From: an uncultured Planctomycetota bacterium
GTDB lineage: Bacteria > Planctomycetota > Planctomycetia > Gemmatales > Gemmataceae
Direction: 5' to 3'
Assembly (NCBI GenBank): GCA_963849325.1
Contig: CAWKHF010000004.1
Location: 416,001 to 480,000, forward strand
DNA: 64,000 nt
How positions within the stretch are numbered: position 1 is the stretch's first letter; every line of letters starts with the position of its first letter. Below the pieces are notes generated by a model. It did not search any database. It saw only the letters and a program-made list of their open reading frames with translations, and had not been told where the DNA came from. Below are positions 53,663 through 63,139 of the stretch, in pieces. Both the position numbers and the translations under genes were made by a program.

Positions 53663-54571
53663 TCACCGCATCTGAATCCGGAGGGAGCACGGCCGGGCGG
53701 TGCCCGGATGGTCTTCGGTCACGTTGTATCTCCACTCGCGGCGTTGCTGGCTGGGGGTGGCTACGACACACGCGGGCTGTGTGCCGCTGTGGGCCTGCGA
53801 GGGTTCCTCGTTGACACCGGCCAACCCCCGGGCCTGGACGATACCGTTGTTGGGAAGTCCGTCATCGATTTTGCTGTCCAGAGCCAAGGCCAGGGCAGGG
53901 GCGAGACCCTGGCTGCCGGATTGATAGGACGGCAGGGGCGTGGCCCGCACCTCCGTCACCGGCAAGAGCTGAAAATAGTTGGCTCCGCGGAAGGCGTAAA
54001 CGATGAGGTACTGGCTGGGAGCGAGGCGGGCGGCGGGAAGCAACGCCTCCACCTCCGTGCAGTTGCCCGCGACTTGGCCCGATGTTTCCACGATCCGGGC
54101 GTGGCCTCGCCGGCCAAACGATCCCGACACCAGGTTGGCGTCGGAGAGATGACGCCAGAAGGACAGCGTTTCCCCAGCCGGCCCGGTGGCATCCGCGGCG
54201 CCGCCCTCGACGAGGCCGTTGCCGTCCTGATGGCCCTGGCTGCCTGCCAGCGTGGTCTCGGAGAAAAAGCCAAACGCCGACGCCCGGCTGGCAGGGATGT
54301 CTCCCGGCAACGCATTGTACTTCATGCGGAAGGTATTGACGGCCGAGGTAAGCGTCTCCAGTTGGGCGACGGTAGCACGCACGTGCGCGGCCTGGAGGAG
54401 ATCGGTCATGCTGAGCACTCCTGCCACAGTCAGACCGACGACGGTGAAGACCACCGCCATCTCGATCAGCCGGGCTTCGGCGAGGCGTCGTGTGAGCGAT
54501 GGCTGGGTGTCATCCTCTGCCCCGTCAACGAGGACCAGCGCGCGGTGAACCGTGGAGTGGGGGTCACTCAT
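53663..54571 (-). CDS. Pilin/pseudopilin-like protein with a degenerate prepilin cleavage site
   Basis: ARLIEMAVVFTVVGLTVAGVL...AVNTFRMKYNALPGD, FWRHLS.A.L and LDSKIDDGLPNNG motifs. Confidence 0.75.
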   Translation of the reverse strand: MSDPHSTVHRALVLVDGAEDDTQPSLTRRLAEARLIEMAVVFTVVGLTVAGVLSMTDLLQAAHVRATVAQLETLTSAVNTFRMKYNALPGDIPASRASAFGFFSETTLAGSQGHQDGNGLVEGGAADATGPAGETLSFWRHLSDANLVSGSFGRRGHARIVETSGQVAGNCTEVEALLPAARLAPSQYLIVYAFRGANYFQLLPVTEVRATPLPSYQSGSQGLAPALALALDSKIDDGLPNNGIVQARGLAGVNEEPSQAHSGTQPACVVATPSQQRREWRYNVTEDHPGTARPCSLRIQMR

Positions 54572-55017
54572 CCGCGCGAAAGGTCATCGTCGGCGTTGCG
54601 TCGTTGGTAGATGCGACCGACATGGCTGTGCCTGGCGACGTCCAGGAGGAAGAGAGCGAGTCGGGTGTGGCCGGACGAGGAAGCCCAATCGAACGGGGTG
54701 TAGCGCCACTTGTCCTGGGCCGCGGGGTCAGCGCCGCGTTGGAGGAGCAGCCGCGCCAGGTCAACAAGACCGTTTCGGGCCGCTCCATGCAGGGCGGTCT
54801 GTTGCTGATGGTCTTGGGCACGCAGGTCGGTGCCTTGGTCGATCAGCAGGCGGGCCAGGTCGCCCTGCCGCGCCTCGATGGCACAATGTAGCGGCGTCCG
54901 CTGCCATTGGTCCCTGGCATTAATGTCCGCCCCCGCGGCGAGAGCGACCTGCGCGTCCTCGGCGTTGCCGCTGGCCGCGGCCTGGAAGAGTTGGCTGGTC
55001 GCTTCCTCCTGTGTCAT
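54568..55017 (-). CDS. Ankyrin repeat protein
   Basis: GADINARD..RTPLH, TALHGAARNG and GADP...D...TP repeats; AAGGAGG RBS. Confidence 0.9.
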   Translation of the reverse strand: MTQEEATSQLFQAAASGNAEDAQVALAAGADINARDQWQRTPLHCAIEARQGDLARLLIDQGTDLRAQDHQQQTALHGAARNGLVDLARLLLQRGADPAAQDKWRYTPFDWASSSGHTRLALFLLDVARHSHVGRIYQRRNADDDLSRG

Positions 55018-56171
55018 CTGTCCTCCTTGACGTGCCCATCCATGCTAACGGAAAAGAGTTAACAAACCTTTACCGCCAGCGCCTCCGCAGCGCGAGTGTC
55101 GAGGGACGACTCGGCTGGCCGAGCGAATGACAGGGGCGTGGTATAAGCCGCTTCTATAGGAAGAGACGATCCACCGTCCCCAGGCTGCCATCGCGGAAAC
55201 GTCACAAATATCTGATTGCATCCGTGCGCGTTCCGTCTTAAACATGCACGCAAACAAATGTACGAGGCAACCATGTCCCACTCGAATAGCCCTGCTGAAA
55301 AGATCCCCGATGAGGAACTACGCGCCTTCGCTGCTGACAAAGCCGCTGGCCAACGCACGGTCTTTATCACCCTCGACTTGCCCACCAGGCACGTCGATTT
55401 CCGCACCGTAGCCACTGGAGACGGTTCTCGCCAAATACCCACTCGCGTTCGTCCCCCAACCGAGGCCGAACAAGAAGAAATGGCGCACGGATCGCCGAAG
55501 CTCGCGCGTTCCTCGCTGAGGTCTTGAATGAGGACCCTCAATGGATGGCTGCCGCACGGGCCTTCGTCGTGAAAGTGACCAGCGAGCAGCTCTCCACGAT
55601 TGCCGGTTCGCCCTTGATTCAAGAGATTCTCCCGAACCGCCAGCTTCGCGGCCGCGGCCATTGAAACGTGGCTTGGTCGGATCAAAGAGGGGACTCTCCA
55701 CCGGACGACACTTCCCCCAGCCGGAAGTTGGGTGCGACATCGTGGTCGTCGCTCTCGCGGCTCGCCGAGTTGTTGTTGCTGCCTGACGCCACAATGACGA
55801 CGGAGGCTATCGCTCTCAGCACGCCCCAAGGGGCCAAACAGGAGCCCACCCGCGATGGCGGGTCACTACTCGCGTGAGGGGAGCACGCGAGGGGAGCCAA
55901 GCGAGTAGTGAGGGATTGGCGGTGAGAGCAAATCAAGACTTGCAAGGGCCCTCCGGAGCGTGCATGGTGCGGGAATGCAGAAGCGAAAGAAGTCGAAAAT
56001 CCTTTCCTGGATCGAAGTAGCGATCGCCCTGGTAGCTGTGGGATTGTTCGCCGGCATGTTCCGGCTGGGCCTGGCCTTGCGGCAGCTTATCCAGTGACTC
56101 CCGGTCGGAGGCCCGAACGATCCGGTCGGAGAGTCGGCCCCAAGGGCCGCTGGCGGCTTTCGCCACGGACT

Positions 56172-57146
56172 CTATTTTCCCCGCCCAGCTTGCGGTGCCG
56201 CCGCGGGCGGCGCAGACCCTTCGGCAGGCGCCAAGGTCTCGATTTGATGGACGAGCCGGTTGAACCCGGTCAGGGTGGCCTTATCCAGCGTGTTGTCCAG
56301 AACGGCGGTGGTCAAGTGGTCCTGGAGCGCTTGCCTGGCCCGGAGGAGAGCTTTGCTGTCCTTGTGGTCTAGTGCCTCCCGCGCATCCCGCAAGTCCTTT
56401 TGCAGTTCCTCCGGCAGCGTGGCTTGGCTCAACTCGTCCAGGCTCTTGAACACGGCCGCTTGTTGCTCCGCCTTCACTTGGGATCGCTGCTCCTGCCATT
56501 GCCGGAACTGATCGACCGCCTGGACCATTCGTGGGTCTTTGGGGTCGGGCGGGGTGAAGCGGGCAAGGTTCTCTCGATAACTACCGCTCACCTCCGCGGT
56601 GACGTCCTGGATCACCCCCTCGTAGTACGAGGCCGGATGATGGCCTTGAATCGGGAAGGTCAAGTAGGGCAGCCCATTGGTCTTGCTGGTGCCGGTGCTG
56701 GTCGCCTCCCGGAGTTCCTCGGGAAGTTCGGCTTTGGCCGCCGCCACGGCCTCGGGGCTGTTGAAATACAGGGTGACGCTCGGCGTCGGTTCGCCTTTGA
56801 GGTGGTCTACCCGGACGTGGGCGTGCCTGTCCTTCTTGATCAGACCGTTTACTTGTGCGCCGATGCCGAGCTTTCTGGCATAGGCGGAGAACTCTGGCGG
56901 GGTAAGAGTAATGTGGGATGCCAAGTATTTTCGGCCGCGACCATTTTCCTGGAGGCTGCTGTCCAGGCCGGATCGTTGGAAGAGACGGTGAGCGGTTTGG
57001 ACATCCCCCTCTTGGAAGGACGAGTAGCTTATTTTATACTGGCCGGCGCCATCCCGCCGGACCCCCAGGTCGATGGTCTCCGGAAGGCGCAGCGTTTTTT
57101 TCAGGAGATCGGCCAGACTTCTTTCAGTTTTGGATTCGAGCGGCAT
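56172..57146 (-). CDS. Hypothetical protein
   Basis: 324-aa ORF with GAGGAG RBS and AT-rich upstream region 57181-57220. Confidence 0.7.
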   Translation of the reverse strand: MPLESKTERSLADLLKKTLRLPETIDLGVRRDGAGQYKISYSSFQEGDVQTAHRLFQRSGLDSSLQENGRGRKYLASHITLTPPEFSAYARKLGIGAQVNGLIKKDRHAHVRVDHLKGEPTPSVTLYFNSPEAVAAAKAELPEELREATSTGTSKTNGLPYLTFPIQGHHPASYYEGVIQDVTAEVSGSYRENLARFTPPDPKDPRMVQAVDQFRQWQEQRSQVKAEQQAAVFKSLDELSQATLPEELQKDLRDAREALDHKDSKALLRARQALQDHLTTAVLDNTLDKATLTGFNRLVHQIETLAPAEGSAPPAAAPQAGRGK

Positions 57147-57521
57147 GGTACTCCTCTGCGAGAGCGGTGGTTACGACTATCAAGCATACATTAAAACATA
57201 TAAATAATTATTAATATTAGTTTCGGCAGAGGCTCGGCTTCGGTTTCCGTCGGTTAACCCTAGCGCGATTGGAGCCTTCGCGCAAGCCGCTTTGCGGCGG
57301 GGGCGGAGGGTCTGCCCGAACCAGGTGTCTGTCGAGGGGAGCCGAGGGCCGGTCGCCACCCGATTTCCAGGTGAAAGAAAGCGGCGGTGCCGGGGGTGGC
57401 GTTTCGGTGGCGTGACGGTGACATGGAGAAAGCCACAATTCTCGCCAAGCGAGTCTGGCTGCGGTGGAGCACATCATCGTTAACATTCCGTTAACGAAAG
57501 TGTGATAGCGTAAAATGAGGC

Positions 57522-60218
57522 ATGATCCGCATCACACAACAGGATTCTGCCAAGGACGCCAAACGCTATTACGCGACGGCGGATTATTACAGCGAAGGAC
57601 AGGAACTGGTCGGTCTGTGGGGCGGTCAAGGCGCCGCCCGGCTGGGGCTGGAAGGGACGGTAGACCAATTCTCGTTTGAGCGCTTGTGCGACAATCTTAG
57701 CCCCAGAACCGGGGAGCCGCTGACGGTGCGAACGCGCGCCGATCGGACCGTGGGCTACGATTTCACGTTCTCCGTCCCCAAGTCGGTGTCGCTCCTGTAC
57801 GCGCTGAGCGGCGACGAGGACATCATGGGTGCCTTCCGGTCGGCCGTGGATGAAACCATGCGGGAAATGGAAGCAGAGATGAAAACCCGCGTCCGCAGGG
57901 GACGCAAAGACGAGGACCGGACCACGGGCAACATGGTCTGGGCGGAGTTCATCCACACCACCTCGCGGCCGGTGGACGGCCTGCCCGACCCGCAGCTGCA
58001 CGCCCACGTCTTCGTGTTCAACACCACTTGGGATCAGGAGGAGGAACGCTGGAAAGCGGGCCAGTTCCGCGAGCTGAAGCGGGATGCTCCGTACTTCCAG
58101 GCGGCCTTCCGGGTGCGGTTGGCGAACCGGCTTCAGGCTCTGGGCTTCGGCGTGGAGCGCAAGCGGGATGACTTCGAGATTGCCGGCGTGCCCAAGGACA
58201 TGCTGAAACGCTTCTCGCGGCGCACGGCGTTGATCGAGAAGGTGGCCGGGGAGCGGGGCATCACCGATCCCGACCGCAAGGCGGAACTCGGGGCCGAGAC
58301 TCGCGAAAAGAAGGGGGCGGCCCTTGGCTGGGACAGTCTCCGCAAAAAATGGAACGCCCGCCTGAGCGACAAGGAGCGGGAAGCGATCACGGCCGTTCAC
58401 CGCCGGGAACATCCCGCTGCCCGGCCCGAGCGGGGCGAGGGCGTGGCTGTGGATCATGCCCTGGAGCACAGTTTTGTGCGTGAGGCCGTGGTGCCCGAAC
58501 GCAAGCTGCTGACCGAAGCCCTCAAACGCGGCATCGGCTCCGTCAGGGTCGAGGGCGTGACCCGCGAGATGGCGAAGCGTCCCCTGATCCGCAGCGATGT
58601 CGCCGGACGCATGATGGCGACGACGAAAGAGATGCTGGCCCTGGAATCACGCCTGACCGACTTTGCTCGCCTCGGGCGGGGACGGTGCCGGCCGCTGGGC
58701 GATCCGGAGCGGCCTTGCTCGCGCGACTGGTTCAACGACGGACAGAAGGCGGCCGTCCGCCACGTGCTCGGCTCGCGTGACCGGGTGATGATTATCCGGG
58801 GTGTCGCCGGCACCGGGAAAACGACGTTGGAACAAGAGATTGGCGAGGCGTTGGCCGAGGCCGGCAAGCCGGTCGTTGCCTTGGCTCAATCGGTCAAAGC
58901 CAGCCGGGAAGTGCTGCGGCAGGAAGCGGGGTTTGCGACCGCTGATACGGTGGCCATGTTTCTCAAAGATGAGAGGATGCAGGAAGCGGCGCGGGACGGC
59001 GTTATCCTGGTCGATGAGGCCAGCCAGCTCGGCACGCGCGACATGCTCCAGGTCTTCGAGGCGGCGGAGCGGCTGGGCGCCCGCGTCCTGCTCGTGGGCG
59101 ATAAACGGCAGCACCGCAGCGTGACGGCCGGGGAGCCGCTCCGGCTGCTGGAGGAGAGGGCCGGGCTGCCGGTGGCCCTCGTCACGGACATCCTGCGGCA
59201 GCAGGGCAACTACAAGAAGGCAGCCGGGCTGCTCAGCGAAGGCCGCACGGAGGAAGCGTTCGAGGAGCTGGACAAGCTCGGCTGGATCAAACAGGTGCCC
59301 GACGGCGACCGCGACAAGCAGCTGGCCTCTGCCTACCTGGCCGCTGTTGCGGAAAAGAAGCGGGGCGGGGCCTACAAGTCGGCGCTGGTGGTATCGCCGA
59401 CCCATGTGGAGGCGGAGCGCATCACGGCCGCCATCCGCGACGGTCTCCAGGCGGATGGCAAGCTCCGCGGGGAACGGGTCATCCGCAGGTGGGTTCCCGC
59501 GCACCTGACCGCTGCCCAGAAAGCGGACCCTACCGAATACGAGCCGGGCTATTTGCTTCAATTCCATCAGAATGCCAAGGGCTATCCGAAAGGCTCTCGC
59601 CTGCTGCTGGACGAAGGAGCGGAGCCTCCGACCCGGTTGGCCCAGCGCTTCGAGGTTTACCGGCCGGCGCAGCTCGCTTTGGCGGTCGGCGACCGCGTGC
59701 GCGTCACGGCTGGCGGCAAGACCAAGGACGGCAAGCATCGCTTGAGCAACGGCTCGCTCTTCACGGTCCAGGGGTTCAGCCGGCAAGGGGACATCATCGT
59801 GGATCGTGGCTGGGTCATCGACCGCGATTTCGGGCACCTGACGCACGGCTACGTCGTGACCAGCCACGCCAGCCAGGGCGTCACGGTGGACAAGGTGTTT
59901 GTCGGCGTCTCCAGCGACTCCTTCCCGGCGACGTACCAGCGGACGGCCTACGTAGCAGTGACGCGCGGCAAGGAACAGGCGCAGATCTTCACCGACGACC
60001 GCAAGGAGCTGCTCAAGGCGGTCAGCCGGCTCGACGAGCCGCTATCCGCCACCGAACTCCTGGAGTCTACCCACGACAAGGCGAAGGTGCGGGATGGGCT
60101 GACCAAGCCGCTGACGCTGGCCCGGCGTCTGGCCACGTTGATGCCGCACCATCCAGCATGGCGGACGGAAACTACCAGAAACCTGCCTTCGGAACGGGAC
60201 AGGAGCCATGACCGATAA
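57522..60218 (+). CDS. MOBF (TrwC/TraA-type) relaxase-helicase
   Basis: N-terminal YYATADYY, YDFTFSVPKSVS, HTTSRP..DPQLHAH; helicase GVAGTGKT, VDEAS and HGYVVTSHASQG motifs. Confidence 0.95.
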   Translation: MIRITQQDSAKDAKRYYATADYYSEGQELVGLWGGQGAARLGLEGTVDQFSFERLCDNLSPRTGEPLTVRTRADRTVGYDFTFSVPKSVSLLYALSGDEDIMGAFRSAVDETMREMEAEMKTRVRRGRKDEDRTTGNMVWAEFIHTTSRPVDGLPDPQLHAHVFVFNTTWDQEEERWKAGQFRELKRDAPYFQAAFRVRLANRLQALGFGVERKRDDFEIAGVPKDMLKRFSRRTALIEKVAGERGITDPDRKAELGAETREKKGAALGWDSLRKKWNARLSDKEREAITAVHRREHPAARPERGEGVAVDHALEHSFVREAVVPERKLLTEALKRGIGSVRVEGVTREMAKRPLIRSDVAGRMMATTKEMLALESRLTDFARLGRGRCRPLGDPERPCSRDWFNDGQKAAVRHVLGSRDRVMIIRGVAGTGKTTLEQEIGEALAEAGKPVVALAQSVKASREVLRQEAGFATADTVAMFLKDERMQEAARDGVILVDEASQLGTRDMLQVFEAAERLGARVLLVGDKRQHRSVTAGEPLRLLEERAGLPVALVTDILRQQGNYKKAAGLLSEGRTEEAFEELDKLGWIKQVPDGDRDKQLASAYLAAVAEKKRGGAYKSALVVSPTHVEAERITAAIRDGLQADGKLRGERVIRRWVPAHLTAAQKADPTEYEPGYLLQFHQNAKGYPKGSRLLLDEGAEPPTRLAQRFEVYRPAQLALAVGDRVRVTAGGKTKDGKHRLSNGSLFTVQGFSRQGDIIVDRGWVIDRDFGHLTHGYVVTSHASQGVTVDKVFVGVSSDSFPATYQRTAYVAVTRGKEQAQIFTDDRKELLKAVSRLDEPLSATELLESTHDKAKVRDGLTKPLTLARRLATLMPHHPAWRTETTRNLPSERDRSHDR

Positions 60219-60773
60219 ACCAACCTTTCAGGACCGCTTAAAGGGGATTATTCACTCCCCGATGTCCACCGATCCGGATCGTTGGCAGGAAGTCATGCAC
60301 GCCAAAGAGCGTGCGGCGTCTCCCGCCAAGAAAGAGGCGGAAGGCGAGGAAACGGAGGTTTCCTGCGGGGCGTTCGGCTACCTGCGGGGAATCCGCGATG
60401 TGCCGGGTGCCTTGGAGCTGCGCTTCCGGGACGGCAATAGCACCTGGTTCCCCTACGGCTGGCTCGGTCCCTGGCACTACAACCCGTCCGAGGGGCTGCT
60501 CCTGAAGTTCTCCGGGGACCTCGTGTACCTGGTTTTGATCCGGGGCAGCAATCTCGATAAGCCCTTGAACGAAGGGGCCATCAATTGACCACCGGGGGCC
60601 TGCAACGCCATCGCGTCGTGTGGATTCGGGAGATGAGCGAGGAGGACATTCGGCAGGTGGGGGAGAACGGGCCGACCATCGACCGGATCGAGGTCGCGGA
60701 ATTCGAGTCGCAGGCAGCGCTGAAGGAATGGCTCACCGCCAAGGCTCCGGCGTTCGTGCGGGGAGAGGGATGA
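60208..60773 (+). CDS. Hypothetical protein downstream of the relaxase, frameshift near 60585
   Basis: ORFs 60208-60588 and 60585-60773 read as one protein; AGGAG RBS. Confidence 0.6.
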
Positions 60774-60785
60774 ACGGAGGAACCT

Positions 60786-61019
60786 ATGGATGATACGGAC
60801 GCAGCGCTGGCCTGCATCCTGGCGGATTGCCAGGACGCGGACGACATGGCGTGGTACATTGGCAAACTTGCCACCCTCGTGCAGCATCTTACCTGCTGCA
60901 TGGCGAGAGAGGTCGATCAGACGGAAGCCGGCATACGGACGCTGTACGCGACTTGGGCGGACATGACGGTCGAACAGTTGGCCGACCCCAGACGATTCCC
61001 CAGCAGCAAGCCGCACTGA
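60786..61019 (+). CDS. Small hypothetical protein
   Basis: GGAGG RBS; operonic with upstream genes. Confidence 0.5.
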   Translation: MDDTDAALACILADCQDADDMAWYIGKLATLVQHLTCCMAREVDQTEAGIRTLYATWADMTVEQLADPRRFPSSKPH

Positions 61020-61276
61020 CCCACGAAGCCGCTGTCAAGGAAGGGCAGACGCAGAATGCTCCGATGTTCTTGCGGTAAGAAAGATAGGCATTGGCAGACG
61101 GCACGCGGAAGCGTGCCGCACCGGGAGGGGCTTTGGCCTGTGGTCCGCGATCTTCATCGCCCCGCTGCTCCCGATACAGAGCCGGTAGCCACGGGAAAGA
61201 GCCAGGGATCGTTGGTAGCGAATCCTTAACCATTTCCCGTCATAGTTCGGACCAGGACTAATTGCTGGTGACGGTG

Positions 61277-63004
61277 ATGAGAAGGTGCTTACGACGAACG
61301 ATACTCGGTACGGCGGGGCTGGCAGGGAGCCTCGTGTACCTGACCGAGCCGGGCGATGCTTGGGCCGCTGCGACGCCGGTGGTGCCCGGCAGCGCCGATG
61401 CCGGCCGAGTCCTGGAAAACCTCCAGCCGGTGCCGGAGCCAACGCTGGCGGCTCCCCCTGTCACGGTAGCACCCCAGCTCGGCCTGCCGACGCCGCCCGG
61501 TGCCGCCCAGGCACTCTTCTTGCTCAACGATGTCCGCGTCGAAGGAGCAACCGTCTATGACAACAGACAGCTGGCGGCCATCTTCCGGCCCTATCTGCAC
61601 CAGTACCTATCCGTGCGGAAACTCTATGCACTGACCCAGCCCATCACCCAGCGCTACCACGAGGACGGCTACGCCTTATCCAAGGCCGTCGTGCCGCCGC
61701 AAAACTTAACCGAGGGGAGAGTAAGGATTCAGGTAGTCGAGGGCTACATCGATGCTGTGCAGACGCAAGGCCCCTTTCGCCACTCGGATGCGGCCGATAC
61801 CATTATCGACCGGATTAAGAGCTATCGGCTGCTGAAAGTCAAGGATCTCGAACGCGACATGCTCCTTCTCAATGACCTGCCCGGCGTATCGGTCCGGGCG
61901 GTGTTGAAGCTCCCGGACCCAAGCGGCGGCATCCCGCCGCCGGGAGCTTCGGACTTGCTTCTCGTCTTCACCGATGTGGCGGCACCTGCCAGCGTCAGCC
62001 TGGACAATTACGGCTCACGCTATACAGGTCCCTACGAGGCATCGTTTCAGGCTGGGCTGAACCATGACGTGTTCGGACCCTACCAGCAGACGGTCGTCAG
62101 CGGCGCGACGGCGCTACCCCAGTCGCACGAACTGCAAACCATCCAGCTATCGCATCGCCTGCTGCTCGACGGTCAAGGCACCAGCGCCACGTTGCAGGCG
62201 GCCTATGCCCATACCGAGCCGGGCTATCAGCTGACTTCCAGTGAGATCGTCAGCGACGCTTATAACTATGGTGTCTCCGTGTCGCATCCGCTGCTGCGGT
62301 CCCGGTCGCAGAATTACTACGTATCCGGGGACGTGGTCATCAAGGACATCACGGCCGACGCGCTGGACACGCCCTTGTATCACGACAAGCTCACCATCGT
62401 CAGCGTGGCCGGCAGTGGCGAGGTAGCCGATCCGTGGGGCGGGGCCAATCTCGCCCAGGTGAAGCTGAGCCAGGGTCTGAATCTGTTGGGAGCCACTCGG
62501 ACCGGCACGCCGGACTTGTCGCGGGCCAACGGCCACAGCGATTTCATTCGTTTGTCGGCCACACTCAGCCGGCTTCAGGCGGTCACGGATACCGTCCGGC
62601 TCTATGCCGCCGGCAGTGGGCAGTATAGCTGGTCCCCGCTCTTGTCGTCGGAGCAGTTTGGTTACGGAGGCCAGCAGTTCGGCCGGGCCTATGACCCCGC
62701 GGTCCTGACGGGAGACGACGGCGTGGCTGGCCTGGTCGAGCTACGCTACTCTCCACCGCTCTCGATCCCCCATGTCAGCTCCGAGCTGTATACCTTCTAC
62801 GACATCGGACGGGTGTGGACTTACCACGATACGGCAAGCATGCAAGGTGGTGCTTCGGCCGGCATCGGATGGCGCTTTGCCTATGGACCTCATCTGTTCG
62901 CCAATCTGAGCCTGGCCCAACCGCTGACCGGCAGCGTGACCGCGCCGGCGTATGGCAACGGCAAGGCGCCCAGGGCATTATTCTCCCTCAATATCAAGAA
63001 TTAG
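61277..63004 (+). CDS. TpsB (ShlB/FhaC/HecB family) two-partner secretion transporter
   Basis: POTRA motifs (VEGATVY, ITQRYHEDGY..SKAVVPPQ, VVEG, LLLNDLPG); DNYGSRYTG; GYGGQQFGRAY; barrel C-terminus. Confidence 0.92.
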   Translation: MRRCLRRTILGTAGLAGSLVYLTEPGDAWAAATPVVPGSADAGRVLENLQPVPEPTLAAPPVTVAPQLGLPTPPGAAQALFLLNDVRVEGATVYDNRQLAAIFRPYLHQYLSVRKLYALTQPITQRYHEDGYALSKAVVPPQNLTEGRVRIQVVEGYIDAVQTQGPFRHSDAADTIIDRIKSYRLLKVKDLERDMLLLNDLPGVSVRAVLKLPDPSGGIPPPGASDLLLVFTDVAAPASVSLDNYGSRYTGPYEASFQAGLNHDVFGPYQQTVVSGATALPQSHELQTIQLSHRLLLDGQGTSATLQAAYAHTEPGYQLTSSEIVSDAYNYGVSVSHPLLRSRSQNYYVSGDVVIKDITADALDTPLYHDKLTIVSVAGSGEVADPWGGANLAQVKLSQGLNLLGATRTGTPDLSRANGHSDFIRLSATLSRLQAVTDTVRLYAAGSGQYSWSPLLSSEQFGYGGQQFGRAYDPAVLTGDDGVAGLVELRYSPPLSIPHVSSELYTFYDIGRVWTYHDTASMQGGASAGIGWRFAYGPHLFANLSLAQPLTGSVTAPAYGNGKAPRALFSLNIKN

Positions 63005-63139
63005 CCGTAGGTTGTTTGGCCTCGGCGGCAGCGTATGTGCTGGAGGTACGGGACTTCTTGTGTTTTATTAACGAATAGTAAACTTGTCTTATATATAGTT
63101 ATTATAGAGAGTATCGAGGTGCGAAGGAGCCCGCCTATA

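Noticed and set aside
55216-55829. Small overlapping ORFs between the ankyrin gene and the 324-aa hypothetical
   Set aside because: No domain evidence and conflicting frames; possibly a frameshifted remnant.
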